Assembly: GCA_977030845.1 (NCBI GenBank)
Contig: OZ365109.1
Coordinates: forward strand, 24,056,001-24,120,000
Direction: 5' to 3'
Length of the DNA: 64,000 bases
Source of the DNA: Fimbriosthenelais zetlandica
Taxonomy: Eukaryota
Every line of letters starts with the position of its first letter. Positions within the stretch are counted from its first letter, which is position 1. The notes under the pieces are model-generated. The model was not told where the DNA came from and did not search any database. It was given only the letters and a program-made list of their open reading frames with translations. Both the position numbers and the translations under genes were made by a program. Shown here piece after piece: positions 11,773-25,900 of this stretch.

Positions 11773-13747
11773 AGCTCGCTGAGCTGTATTATTGGAATGA
11801 TTTCCTGGCCAAAGAGCTGGTCTTGAGGCAGCAGCAGTAGTAGCTGGGGCTAGCTGGGCGTGATGGATTAGATCTGAGGGGAGAGGGGATAGGATGGAGG
11901 AAGAGGGTTGTTGTTTGTGGCGTAGGCCTACAGTAGTGGGTTGGGGAGTCGATGGGGGTGCTGAATGGAGGCAGGTTTCTCGGAAGCTGCATGGATTTCG
12001 AGCGCTGAAGGCTGTAATTGGGTTTTAGAATCTCAGCATCTGATGTCTCAGCATTTTAGCTGTGTGGGAAACAAGCGCGTGTTGTGTGCCAGAGAATGGG
12101 GCTCTGGTTTTAAGCAATGAGAACGAGGCGAACGTGTCCAAAATTGCTTGTCTTCTGCTCATCTGAGCGTATAGAAACCTCATAATGTACATAAATAGCA
12201 GGGAAGTAATATGGAGCAATTTCATGCTTTCTGCCTTGCTCTAACCATAGAGTTCAAGATGTAAAACTTCAGTGTCTATAAGAAATTATACAATGAAAAT
12301 AGTATTATCCACTAAATTACCACTATAGACTCTATTTTCTAGTCCATTATCTTGATATTTCATACTTTTTCTAATATCAGAATGACATTATACCTGTTAG
12401 TACGGAGAAACCAAGAAGTAAGCCTTTCCCAAGAAAAGGCTGCTGCTGCCTCACCTTGTGGAAGGGTTCTTTTGACAGTAATGAAGAGTGGATTCAATTT
12501 CCCCAGTAGGCAGCCTCGCATGCCTTCAGCGTCTTATGACTCAGCTGTGGCTGCTGTCAGAATTGCGGGCACGTGCCTCTAAACCCCAGCCCCACCCCCT
12601 TCCGATCACCGCCTGCCATTCCTCGGGAGGTGGGAGGCCATTGTCTGCCATCATGGCAATAAGTCCCCTGACACCAGCACCACACAGCCCAGGCCCACAA
12701 ATGCCCTTTATAGGGGGCAATCAATAGCAATAGTTTTTCTTTTATGTGCAGGGCTTCCTACAATAGAAGCTATAGCTGAGGGCATTGCCCCGCTGTTGCC
12801 CTCAGAGATGTTTAGTGCCTGCGCAAGGCTGAGGAAAGCACAAGGTTTGTTTTATGTCCCCTTTTACGAGGTAGTGTAGATTCGTCCCTCTTCTATTAAA
12901 TACAGCTGACCATGGAAGTAGCCTATCAAACTCATATGAGCACCACTTCACCCTAGATTCGTCCTGGATCAACATTGTCTTTTTAATATTTAATACCGAA
13001 ATGTAATCTATGGCTTTTTATCTACGGTTCAAACTTACGGTTCAATATTGTATGTTCAAAGGCAAGCCTAAAATAAGTCACTTTCTCGAGGGCATTAATC
13101 ATAATTCTGCTTACGTTATGCAAATGACATATACATGTATTTGATTATATGTTTATTTATAGGCCCCTATGCTTCTACCTCATATCTACAAATGTATTTC
13201 TAGACAGTTATCATCTATCTAGGCAGAATAATGGAATGATATCTATCACATTTTGAAATTACGAGACAAGTATGGCAGTTGACCCATATGCCTTTATTAG
13301 TCTTTATTAATATTACCCGATAGAAAAGCCATGTGGATTATTCAACAATTTTCTTTTAAATAGAGTTTTCGTGAATGTAAAATGGATTTTCTATTCCATA
13401 CACCTATAGTAGCAATAGCCATATAGGCAAGCACAAGCTGGCATTCATCCTCTCCCACTTTCTCTCCCCCTCAGACACTCTGGATGCCGGGAGAGGCGGC
13501 GAGTCGGCAGTAAATTTGATCTATGGACGAGAGGCCAGGGTCTAAAGGTTAGCTCGGTCTGCTCGCCTGTCTCCAATCTGTCGTCAGGCTGAGACTAGGC
13601 TCTGCCAACCGCTGCTATCTCAAGCCACCATCCCTCTCACTGTGTAGTAGAGATAGCCTACAGTCGATGCTGCTCCAGCAAGATGCATGTCGGTGAGGTG
13701 ATAGTAGTGCAGGCTGGCTTCGGTTGCCAGGGAAACCCAGGCATTTT

Positions 13748-13795
13748 CAGTCTCAGCAGCCTCAGCAGCAGCAGCAGCAGCAGCAGCAGCTGCAG
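13748..13795 (+). repeat. (CAG)n trinucleotide repeat
   Basis: Nine perfect CAG units at 13763-13789, with imperfect units on both sides. Confidence 0.95.
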
Positions 13796-15457
13796 CATTC
13801 ACCACACAACTATTGATCGCAGACATTGGGGGAGTCGGTAGTACTCTGAAACCTGGTGAACATCTCTGATTTAAGCAACAATCTTTCATGAACTATTGTT
13901 ATTTAATCGACTATGAAACAAGTCCCACAATATCACAAGTTCTTGACTTGTTCTGCAATTAGAGAACATCTTCATAGTGAACTTTGTTTTTTTTTTTACT
14001 AAACCCCAAAGTATTCACTGTGTGAAAGATTTATTGCAATAGCTCTTATTTCCACCCACATACATGCCCCAGCTCTCTCTGTCACTCTCGCACAGACGAT
14101 GCTCGCTGGGTTTTTACTGAGCTGCTCATCATCGGCTCACGTCAAGTGAGCACACAAGGGTGCCTTCCATCCTTCTGCCTTCCTTCTCATTAGTCTTCAA
14201 CGCAGTGGGCTAAGAATAAAATAAACCGATTGAGAGATATCTCTATCTCACCTCTCTCTAGCTCTCTCGCTCTCTCTCACCGTCCTAGGTACTAGTGTAC
14301 CGAGCTGAAGCTAGCATCTGTGTTGATAGATGTAAAATAGTTTTTACCGGTGTCTGCGTGACACACTTAAGGTTATTTCTTCTTCCAGCTCTTGGCGACT
14401 ACTATACTGTGCAGATGAGAAACATTGGGCGGTTTTTCTCTTTCCGCCGAGCTAGTTTCCTACTGGGAACTCTGTAAAGAAGGGAACAGCGTTTTAACTC
14501 ATGCCTTGAATGAACCATTCAAAAGCAGACATGTGTATCAGTCCCACCATCTATGTCTGGAGAAAATAGAATTAGAGAACTGATAAAAAGAAATCATGTC
14601 AGTTAAGGGATTCTTTATATGTACTGTATTTGTTTCATTTCTTTTTTATGAAACAAGCCCTATGTAGATGTAATTTCATGGCGAGGCAACTGTTCCATTG
14701 TGTTCCTGCTTTTAGAATTAGTTGGGGGAATTCATATTGTCCCATAGCGTGTTCAACACCCCTCTATTAAAGTAGTAACTATAATATTAAAGCATGATTC
14801 CCATAGAACTTTTGTACTTTTGGAATCAATCAGGATATTTGTACATTGTTTAATTTCTACTTGCTCATGCGAATGCTAAATGATTTTACTTCGTATTATT
14901 TTGTGCATGTCCATATAACTCTACACACGTATCTACATGTATATCGATAGTCACCCCTCAGTAATACACCCTTTCGTCATCATGTAGCCCTCCAGAGTAC
15001 AATAGATGGAAAAAGGATTCTTAACCCGAATCTGGGTCAATATTCAATGGGTACATGGTACATGTAGCCTATGCGATGGGATATGTAACGTTCCGGTAGT
15101 CCTCTTATTGCACCAGATTGAGACCCACCTATCACACGTAGACCTTAATATATTCTAGACATTTCTATGGACATGAGGCAATATATGTACAATCTGTCAT
15201 CTACATATACACTGACATAGCATACCTTTCATGCCATTCCAACATTAACATAGCTTAGCATGTAGTGAGTGGCAGATCTTTTTTCTTCGCCCAGGAATGT
15301 ATACATGTATACGACTATTGTAGTGTACTTGTTGTAGCTCTAAGTAATATGAGTGTAATGTTGTGAGGTGGTATGGTGTAGCCAGGGGCATGTTTAATAA
15401 AAAAAAAAAGAAGGATGTAATAGATACATTAGCTCATAGGCTTAACATTAGTTTATA

Positions 15458-15530
15458 AGGAGCCCGTATCTAAAGGGATATTAGCCATAGACTAAGCATT
15501 GCACATATATTACTTTTGAAACAGGCTCCC
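15458..15530 (-). mobile_element. MITE family copy in reverse orientation, followed by another left terminus at 15544-15560
   Basis: The reverse complement reads GGGAGCCTGTTTCAAAAG...GCAATGCTTAGTCTATGGCTAATATCCCTTTAGATACGGGCTCC. CTGGAGCCTGTTTCATA follows at 15544. Confidence 0.75.
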
Positions 15531-17672
15531 GGAGTCTTGATCCCTGGAGCCTGTTTCATAACCATATACCTAGCTTTGTGGCCAATTCTTTGTTGCGCAG
15601 GTGTGACAGATTAGACAGATTACAACCTGTGCATGCATGGGCACCTGCTAGGCTATTTATCACCCCAAATAAATACAGGATAAAAAGGTGGTAACACACT
15701 TGATCCAACACCACCACCTCCTCCTCTTCAGAGAATGCAACAAGTGTTCATTGTTGAGAGAAGAGTTCAATCCAACTCCAGTGTATATCTCTGCTTTGTA
15801 AGATTCAAGTAAGAGATAGTAGCTGATACACGTATAGTATTATTGGATTATATGTTATTTCAACATGTGAAATAATCTAGCTTTCATTTAAAGAATTCCA
15901 ATTTTAGTATTCCTCCAATTATTGAGCCATATTACAGTCATTATTTTATGGACAATTTATTTTATATAAATAAGTAAATACTGCTCAATGTATAGTTAAC
16001 CTGGCGAGATGTGTGTGACGTGAGAGACCTATAACCTGTCAGCAGCATTAATTACGATAAATTGATTTTTCTAAATATATAGTTTGGATCCAATTCAGCC
16101 ATGACAGTTATACAAGTCTTTAGTGCCCAACATGCAAGCGCCTATAATTGATTGCAGACAATACCCAGACACCTGCAGACTATTAGCCCCAAAATCCAAG
16201 ATGTCCGCGCGTGTTTGACCGACTTTCCATCCACTGGAAATATGTCTCACCCAGAAGAAATTGTTCATCACAAAGGAAGGAACACTGATAATAAGCCTAA
16301 GACGATGTCATAGTAAATAATTGTAAGACTTTGGGACTATTCCTTAACAAAGATATAATTTGTATTAATTTGTCATTGATAAATTTGTAAACTAGTAAAC
16401 CCTCTCTTACCGAAGATCCGAAGGAGAATCCACACCAACGATCATTCGATGTTGATAGCCGCAGATTATGTTTGAAAGGCTATTTGGATTCACGTAATTG
16501 AGTGATTCTATTTTAGTCCTGCCAGACTAGTATTATGCCTATATTCAGAATTGCGAACAATATTTTGACAACATCCTGGTCTTCCATTTTGAAATGACGA
16601 TAAATCATTGGTATACTGACACTGAGTAAAGAGCTTCCCGTTAGAAGACGTACCCCAATTCCTTTTGGAAACATATTGAAAAATATACAATGAAATTGTT
16701 CGTATTGACCTCCAACATCAGAGACCATAAGAGAGAGGGAGAGAGGGAGGGGGGGGGAGAGGCGTTGCATTGGATCCATGCATGTGTTTACAGTTTTTAT
16801 TCATCCGCAAGTACCTCGACAAGTAATAATCCTAGTACACCTGCTTCATGTTCTGATTATTTTCCAGGCAAGTGAATTTATGATAGCATAATTTTAGACT
16901 TGTCCATCACATTTTATGTTACATAATTTTTCACTCCATGTTAAGAATACTTTATAGAAAATTGAGACAAGAAATAATGTACATTTATCATTCACTTTGG
17001 TTAGGCCTAGGCCTACATGTATATAGATTAGGTATTGTAAACTTTGCTCACGATTTCTGTGATTGCTATAGGCTATAATAGGCATTGTATTCTATTGCTA
17101 TATTGGTCATAGACAGGCCCCCTGTAGTGATTGAAAGGCTTCAGGGCATCACCCACATATCATATACTGACTGAGTGAGGCCTTCAGGCATCTGCCTCGG
17201 TACTCATAGTCATAGACTGCTACAGGGCATCATTAACCTTGATTCCAAAGCAAAATAGCAGGAGTGTGGCTGTGTGTGAAACATTGTTTTAGAAATTGGA
17301 ATTAGTACAGTGATAATAGATTGAATGATCATAATCATCATTATCATCTATTGAATGATCGTCTATTCATGATCATAATTATCACAATGTCAATGATGCA
17401 TGATAAAGTACTAGAAATATTTTACCATGAAGAATTCCATGAATCGTAGGCCTATCCTTTTTACAATTATGCCTAGAGACCTATAATAGTTGCGATGTGT
17501 TGTGCTCAAGATGCTCAAGACTGTCTGAGAAACTCTGGGATGTGACAAACTATTGGGACCTATTGAACACTTTTTCTCAATATTTGCGATAGATTATTAG
17601 GTTCTTCCAAGTATAATCCTATAGGCATAGCCTGACAATGACATATAAACAGGTACTGGTTATACGCGATCG

Positions 17673-17732
17673 AGGGGCCTGTTTCAGAACTATAGTCTAT
17701 ATGGGAAATTTTTGTGCTGAAACAGGCCCCTG
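17673..17732. mobile_element. Short MITE family copy with perfect 15-bp terminal inverted repeats
   Basis: AGGGGCCTGTTTCAG (17673-17687) and CTGAAACAGGCCCCT (17717-17731) are exact reverse complements. The internal AGTCTAT is shared with other copies. Confidence 0.85.
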
Positions 17733-18469
17733 GGCCTATTATCATGTTGTCAATCTAAGGGCGTATTAATAATGAATTTACTCACGGTACTATGGACAAA
17801 TGGAAACAAAATCAGTCTATACACGAGTTTATATTGGGTATTCTTGCTATTTTTAAAAATTGAATTGTTAAGCCTGGCGGTCAATGCTATTTTCGTAATC
17901 AACGGCGGTCAAATAGCTCAGGCATAACAATTATTTCTTGTATTGGACAGTCATCGAAAGTGTAAACCTATGGATAGGAAACCAGTATGTGATATAAACA
18001 ATACAGAGTGTTCTTTCACTAAAAATGCCAGAGTTAACAACACCATAATAAAACGCACGGTTTCGAGAAGGACTGAAATTTGTATAGGCATAATCTTATG
18101 CTGAAATCATCAACTACTTCCCTCCTATTAACTTGCTATTTCTTTTGATATACATGTACGAATCCAAATAGTAATACGGATTAAGGTATTTATTGCACGA
18201 TTATCGCTCAAATTTAAAAACAAGTATAGGAAAGGGTCCATATTTTCCTAGCCTATAGGCCTACTGTATAACTTAAGATCCCCTCTTTCAGAAGAATCGT
18301 CTGGGATGCTGCTATTTTCAACGTTTGATTTTCATCAAAAATTATATTTCCTTTGCGTACTTTTCGCTTGGAGAATTGTAATAGTTGACCAAGGGTCATA
18401 ACCTCCCACCCATGCATCCAATATATAGGGAAGGGGGCCAAAAATGTCTCCCCTCCGAAGCGGGGCTAG

Positions 18470-18735
18470 GCCTTGTCGGCAGAGGCGGCCGCCGGTCCGC
18501 GTCTCACCGGCCCAAGCCCGGGGCATGGCCCGGAATGTTTAATGAGGATTTGCCTGCCCCAGTGACTCATACTAAAAGAGGGGTTGGCCGAGGTAAATTA
18601 TTAAATATTTTCCGCTGGATTCGGGGAAAGGGCGTCCACCCACTCACGTGATGCCAGACGGACAGGCGGCGCTTTATTGGAATCAATATGGCTGCCCTCC
18701 ATTAGTGGCAAGCCACGCCTGCGCGAGGCATAGCG
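18470..18735. promoter_or_regulatory. GC/CpG-rich regulatory island with an E-box, CCAAT, a YY1-like motif and a Smad composite site
   Basis: TCACGTGA at about 18644, CAGAC-GGACA-GGCGGC at 18655-18670, ATTGG at about 18676, and CAATATGGCTGCC at about 18684. Confidence 0.4.
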
Positions 18736-19440
18736 ATTTCCTCCTAAAAGCTGGTGCATATACATTATCTAAATATCATATAGGAACAATTATTATTAAA
18801 TAAATATAATAATCCTCTTTCAATCATCCTTCCTACCTCATCAACTACGCCACTTTTCCCAACTTTCTTAATGATAGACCCTCTACCTATGGCTATGCTT
18901 TTCCATATACAGAGACCTAACATAAATTTAGTCCCTTTTTTATATAGCTACATAAAATGGGACTAAATTTATCTCAGGTCTCTGTATATCATAATGTTAT
19001 TCGCCATAAAATTACATATCTATACATGTATAGGCATAATGTACAGCGAAATGGGAATGGTACATGGCGGTCTTTTATGAAACAGTCGCCATGCAGGTGT
19101 CCCACTATGTTTTTACTCCCTTCCATAACGCACTGTGGGATATCTTTTAAGAAATGTGCCCCAGAAATTTGAGTATTGCGAATTTCCCATGGCCCTTTTA
19201 CGTAACAAAGGGTGACGTAATGAGGTAGTATGCCCTATAATGAAGTTCTGAAGGGTTGATTAGATAATGAGACCATTCCATAATGATGCTGTCACTTGTA
19301 AAGTCTTTACGATTTGCATAGATTCAAAATTCAAAGTGCTTCAAGCTGCGATAAACTAATCCAATAAAAGCACGCACATTTCTACCTTCACAAATAGTTA
19401 TACAGTATTATAAAAAGTCACTATATATGCCGCATAAAAC

Positions 19441-19486
19441 CAGGAGCCTGTTAGCATTGTTAATATTCCTTTTTAGCAGGCCCCTG
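19441..19486 (-). mobile_element. Internally deleted MITE family copy
   Basis: The reverse complement is CAGGGGCCTGCT...AAAGGAATATTAACAATGCTAACAGGCTCCTG. Confidence 0.7.
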
Positions 19487-20269
19487 ATGTGATGTGCATG
19501 CAAAATATGAACATCTGTGACCATACCAGAAATGTCTGATTAGGCTTTTAAACTAATCTATTTAATCCAACGGCGAGGAGATCTTATTTTATTGGATGAA
19601 ACCCCAGTCATCCCCACCACGTGTGCCTCCGGAACTCTCCAAGCCTAAATTGCACCATCGGTTTCCATAACAAAGGCGCGTGTTGGAAACAAACAAGAGC
19701 GCGGTGCAGATGATTTCAAATCGGGTCAATTACGATGAAGTCACATGTGAAATTGGTAATCTGCCCAGGCGAGCTTCTCTCAAGTGGGATGGGGAGGGCC
19801 GAGAGGAGCTGTGCCAGGCTGATAAACGCGCCGCGACACTACCTTGGGGAATCGCACCCCAACCGCAAGAGGAAATTAGAAGAGAAGCCCTTGAAGGATG
19901 GGAGTGGGGGTCGTCCTTTGAAGGACAAAACCCCTTCTATTTCATTCCGTCTAGTACAGTTAGTTAGTTGTCAAGGTCATACAGGGGCCCTTTTCAGAAA
20001 GACTTGTCTCGTGGTTGACGCAGGAAAGGGTAAATTTTCAATTTAAACTCTAAAGGGAATGTGACAAATCTACAGCATAGCTAAGTTCTGTTTGTTTCTA
20101 CGATCCTTATAAAAATGGCCCAGAGCTTGGTTTCATGCATAGTTTAGGTAGTGGAAAAATTGATGCTCTTTTGGGGTTTTATGTCAGGCCCTGGGAGATT
20201 GCAAGAGCAGGGATTTGTGTTCACTAATGAGTCTCAAACTAGCCGAGCTTTTGTCAGGAAATTACCTCA

Positions 20270-20360
20270 GCCTCGCCCGGCTCGCTTCCGCTTCCGTCAG
20301 ATCATTGGTGACGTCACGCTGGCAATGTCGTGACAAATAGGCGCGCGCCCTGGCACGACA
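20270..20360. promoter_or_regulatory. Promoter-like island with tandem Ets cores, CCAAT, a CRE and a GC palindrome
   Basis: CTTCCGCTTCCG at 20285-20296, ATTGG at 20304, TGACGTCA at 20309-20316, and GGCGCGCGCC at 20340-20349. Confidence 0.4.
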
Positions 20361-20899
20361 TCTTGATCGATTTCCCTGCAGATTCATGATAGCCTCGGCT
20401 TCTGGGAACACTCAATGCCGAGGAGCGCAGTATTGTATTGTTAATTCGAAAGTAATCTTAAACTCATGGCTTTTTATAATTTCTTTCTTTATAAAGTTGG
20501 GAAATTCTATACTGAAATTATAGTTAAATGAACCTAGCTCATGTTCCGTTCGAAACTTAGTCAAAGGTGCTCGAATAAAGATATAGAAATAATGTGTCTC
20601 TGAGAAAGGAAGGAGAGTGATAGGCCTATGCCCTTATACGGAATTGATGCATTTCTTACTTGTATAATACTTAGGCTAGTCCAAAATCAATTTACCGAAT
20701 CAAACTGCAAAGAAAATCATAATAATATCCAGCCTGTTTCAGGTCTGCTTTGTATGAATGAAACAGAACGCGGTACCGTATAGGGACTTTTCGTAGCCTG
20801 GGAAAATGTGGTCTATAGAGATCGAGAATGAAAGACCAACTATACGCCTAAGTAGCTTCTGGTGGGGACGGTCATGTTCTCTGGGGTCTGTCTCATGAG

Positions 20900-20975
20900 T
20901 AGGATTTAATGCATTGACATATTATCTATGTCTTTGAGCTAATGTAGCACATCTTTCTTCTGAAACAGACCCCTG
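20900..20975 (-). mobile_element. Degenerate MITE family copy
   Basis: Terminus CTGAAACAGACCCCTG at 20960-20975. The internal match is weak, so the left boundary is approximate. Confidence 0.5.
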
Positions 20976-22890
20976 AACGTGTGCGCGGTGGCAACTAGAA
21001 ACCACATGCGTACACAGGCTACAACCACAACACGCGAACTTTCATGTCCTATTGCTTTCTGCCAGCCCTGTTCCAGGGCCTGACAGAAGGATTCCTCACG
21101 GTTAAAGTGTGACAAGTGAATATCAGGAGGTGTGAATCATTTAGGTCATACAGATTTGAATTAGCTGAGAGAAAGCCATTCTCCCATGCAAGTTTTGGCG
21201 GCCGCTTCACATGTCTTAGGCATTTTGAAACGATCTCTTAACAGGAATAATTTAGCACAATAATTATTAGATTATATTGATGTATGTTAGTACATGTATG
21301 TATAAATGTAGGCTATAGTAATGCAGAGGACCGCTCAATCCTAGATTCAAGAACTTCAAGTTAGGCCCCTATATTCAACCAACGAGTATCTATACTCGTT
21401 GATTCAACTGTCAGATAAGTTTTGCGGGAGAACTAGTTGGGCGTTTAATTAGGCCTTTATTATCATATTTCTTTCCCAATATAAATATCATAATTGACAA
21501 AGTCATATAAACTGAAATTCGCATTCGTCTTCAGATGCTCTGTAAGAGAACCATCGAAGATGACAACTATTTGGTTACTGCGGTGGCTACCGACATTGGA
21601 CTCGACCTTGACCTACTTTCATGAAATGTCGAATGCCGTTCACAAACTTGTGATATGAAATATACATTTATTTTGGGATAATCATGTAGCTTATTTTCGA
21701 ATCATATAACATATAATAATTAGCACGGAAGAATTTGGAGTCTTTTGCACGGCTTTTGCAAGTAAAAAATGTAATATTACTGACCTGCAAGTGCATAAGA
21801 AAACTGCACAATTTCCTACAAGTTCCATGTAACTTCCCATGTAATTGTACTTTCACTGCATATAATATCTTTAGTCTGACTAAAACTGATTCCAAGGTTT
21901 CCAATGTCATTTGATCTAGGTACTGGAAGAGATGCAGCTTATTTTTTTTTTAAATATAGTGCATACTGATCCATGTGAGCCATAATATACCGTTTTGTCG
22001 TCTTCCCGATTTTATGATCGAAGATTTCCCTGCTCAGTATTCAGTCCATGAATCTAAGGAAGAGTGTATTCTTTGGGAAACTTGTTATTCCATCCACTGT
22101 TCAAAGTTTGGTACTGGTACTACGAAACTTGTAATTACTTTGGGTGGAAAGTGTATGAGTCGTGTCCTTAGATAGAACTAAATTTCTATCTCAAATTACA
22201 TGTATATCCCTTTTTAACTCACAAGTACCAACTACTCATAAGTAGGGCCTATTAATTCTGTTGCTTAATTTTACTTTTTAGAACACTCCAAATCCCAGTT
22301 CTGAAAACATAGGCCTATTGCTATAGAACCGAGTTGTCTTTAAACAAAGAAAAATGTATTTCTCAAGCGTAAAATCATTGATGGAAAAGATGAAAGGCAA
22401 GACGTATAATAGATTAAATAGAAGAGACGAAAACAACCTGGGTGGGTTTACATGATGAGAGGTGAATGAGTGCATTATCTTATCGACAGTGATATATGAT
22501 CCATCTACTGATTAATTATCAGTCGGCGGTCCCTTCATCAAAAATAAATTACTGATTGCATGGGAAAAATACTCTGTTTTTATATAAACATGTGTCCATA
22601 TAGTGGTTAGATGGGGCAAGATTGCATGGGAGCCATGTGGCGAGACTGTAGGCAGGTATAGACAGCATCTAATTGTGAAGGACTGATAAGATCTCACATG
22701 GGGAGGTGTCGCCTAATATCATGTCTGTGGACCCCCACAACCTCACCTGTATGCCATGCTCTAGATGGCAGCTAAAGGGCCTGGCACTTGTTTCATATGG
22801 ATCTCAAAAAAGAGCGTCATAGTATTTGGCTATATAATAGTAATTCCCTCTTATACGATTTTATGTAGTTTTTTTAATACAAATTCTCAA

Positions 22891-22983
22891 CAGGGACCTG
22901 TTTCAAAGGGAATATTAGCAATGCTAAGTCTATGGATAATAATCGTTTTAATAATCGAAGATAATAATCGAAGAGGGCTCCTG
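22891..22983 (+). mobile_element. MITE family copy with an internal triplicated ATAATCG
   Basis: CAGGGACCTGTTTCAAAGGGAATATTAGCAATGCTAAGTCTATGG...GGGCTCCTG. Confidence 0.8.
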
Positions 22984-25900
22984 GGACGTCTACTCTATAA
23001 AATTTGCGTTTTTACATTTTTTTTTACATGCACTTGATATAATTAGTGTTTTTTCCACTTTATCTCTTCTGAATGATTGGATGGTGATTCAACGCCATGC
23101 TTTCTCTGGCAAACCTTTCTTTTCATGTCTCAGTCTCCCGGTCCTTATAATATATGTCTGCCAGTCTGTCTTGCTTTGGTTACTGTCTGTTCGAGATCCA
23201 TGTGGCTGGTACATTCTGTAGTAGCTCGATGCCTGACAATAACTGATAGTAAAAGCTTTAATAGTTTTTTAATAGAAAATGTGCATTGGGTTTTTTTTCA
23301 TCTGTTATGTTTCTGTAAATGAATTTTCAATTGCTCAGTCACATGGTTAGTCTGTGATTGAGCAGAGTTAGCATACACTCAGGCAATCAGTTAGTCAGCT
23401 GGGCAGTCATATACTTGCTTACCAACACACACTGTAGGCCTACACACTACATGTATGCATTTAATTGCCAACTGACGTGATTCAAGACGTCAACTCACAC
23501 ATATTGCCAAGTGTGGGAAATAGCACTCAAAGATTTATGACAGGGCTCGGCGATTTCCCCCAAATTATATTTGTTATATTAAAACATAATAAGTCGGCCT
23601 TGTCTGCATGTATATTTAATGGCTATATCACCGACATCAAAAGACTAAAGCGCTGGGCGCCTCGCCCACGGGGAACCCATGTTGACAAGCCAAATAATCG
23701 CCATCCCACAAAATGGTGCATTTTTCCTCCGAGCACAAAGACAGGAAATTAAAAACTCCCACAGTTGACAAAAGATTGGGGCCGACATGCACATACACTG
23801 ATGGGGAGACAGGTCTCGGCGTGTTGTCACGGCCTTTTCCTATACTTTGCCTGTCCCTCGAGTGGGACAAAAGCCACCTCCCAGTCAGTGAAGAAAGGCC
23901 CCATTGAGAGGGGGAGACATCTGAGGCTCTCGGATGGCCCTGATGCAATCAACCTGCCAAAGAGGCGTACACTCCGTGCCTCTCTTGGTCCTGTTTATAT
24001 GTTTTACGAGCCCAGAGATTTTTTTTTACTTCTCTCCCACTTCTTGCTCCAAGGAGTCTAACGAGAGACATTCATCTTGTGACGCAAATAATTGTGCCTT
24101 TGATCTGAAAATAAGCATTTACCTATAGGGGGAATGCCAAGTTTATACTCAGGGGCATAGAATCTAATATGTACAAAACTGAAGGGGGTTATCTGGAGGA
24201 ACAGATAAGGAATCTGAAATGTGGGAACTCGTCTAAGGAACTAATTTCAGGAAATATGTGTACCTCCTTATTATATACTGCATACATTCTCAGGAACAAT
24301 GCTTTCACTCAGTCACCCGCCCACTTTTTCACTCACTCAACCAATCACTTTCCCGCAACCCCCCCCCCCCCCCCAATCGATCCGCACTCACCTTCTACTT
24401 GAAATCCATTATTTTCCTTTGCGGGCTTGCCATCCCCCGGCTACCCATTAACTATAGGCATCCCTCTTTGCCTCCACCTACCCTTCGTCCCATTCCCTCC
24501 CCCACTAACTCATTCGCTCATTCACCCGTAGCCGACCCAGTTTTTCCACTCGTGACGTCATAAGGGTAGACCTAGTGATTGAAAATGTGCGTTCTATCTG
24601 GAGCCCCTTATCCCCACCCCTCCACCCCCCACTGTGATTAGCCCCGAGGTAAAGTGGGGGGCCGTCTCACATCGCCCTAGTTAATGTTTAATTATCCAGA
24701 ACTTGGCTCACTCAAGGATTAAAAACAGTTCATCGAGAGAAACTACAATAACAGCCATTATAATGGGCGACCCCCCTATCGGCCAAGCTCTGAAGGTTGT
24801 TATTATAGTCCCGATTATTAAAGGTCAATGGATCTTGTGTGCTCTATCCCACAGTCCTTTTAGTTCCGAAGTGTTGGGTTTCTCATATTCAACCTTCACT
24901 ATTGGATAATTTATACACCTGTGTATCAATGGGCCAACAATAGTAGGCCTATATTGAAATATTCCCTTCAAGTTGTCCTAATACGAATTTAAAGAAAGCC
25001 ACAATAGCATTTACCGTATGTATTAAATTCTTTTTAGATAGACCCGTACTACTTTGCTGCAGCAGCCACATCTTCACACTCATTAAAAATATTATTAAAA
25101 AAACATAAAATACCATTAAAAACGTATGGTTACCACTTAATGAAAGGAGTGACCCCGATGTATATCTGCCGAAAATTCACTCCAAATCTCGTCATAAAAA
25201 AAATATATTATAATATCTGTTATTCAATAGAATTTTGCTGTAGTTCTTTGTTGGTGTTTCCAGCGCTTCAAAATGCACTTGGGCTTCTTTTCAAATGTAG
25301 AGTATATGAGAGTGAGTGCATGAAAGAAGCATTATCGCTGGGGACACATTTTGCCTATATTTGGCTCAGAAATCCAGTTCTCATATGCCACTGATGTTTG
25401 TTGTGTAGAGACGAGTTCCCAGGCAACCACCATCTCTCAGGGACTGTGAATGTACAAGTATAGGCCCAAGTGAAGTGTTTCCCCCTTCCACTATAGCAAA
25501 AGCACACCCCCTTTTTGTCCCCCGGCCCGCGGTCTCTACCTTAGCCGAGCCCGTGTAACCCTACCATTATAGAGCCCCTTCCCCTCCTTTTCCTCCTCCT
25601 CCCAGGGGACCAAACACCAACAAGGGTCCAGCTAAGATCGCTATTTTGGTTTCCTCCCCGTCTTTCATCTCACCGCCTATCTCCATTGACCGGGTGTCAA
25701 AAAGGAGACACAAAGGCCAGGCAGGCAAACTGACACCAAAAGGGCGAGACTTGCAAGTCAAGGAATCATGTCCAGCCGGGCAAACTTGGCTCATAGTTTC
25801 CTATCAGATTCAGGGCTCGGCTGGCCTCCTCAATAGCCCTGTGTTGTAACTCCATGGGATAAGAAGGGGGACATTTTGGGGTGCTAGGTTTAAGGACCAT

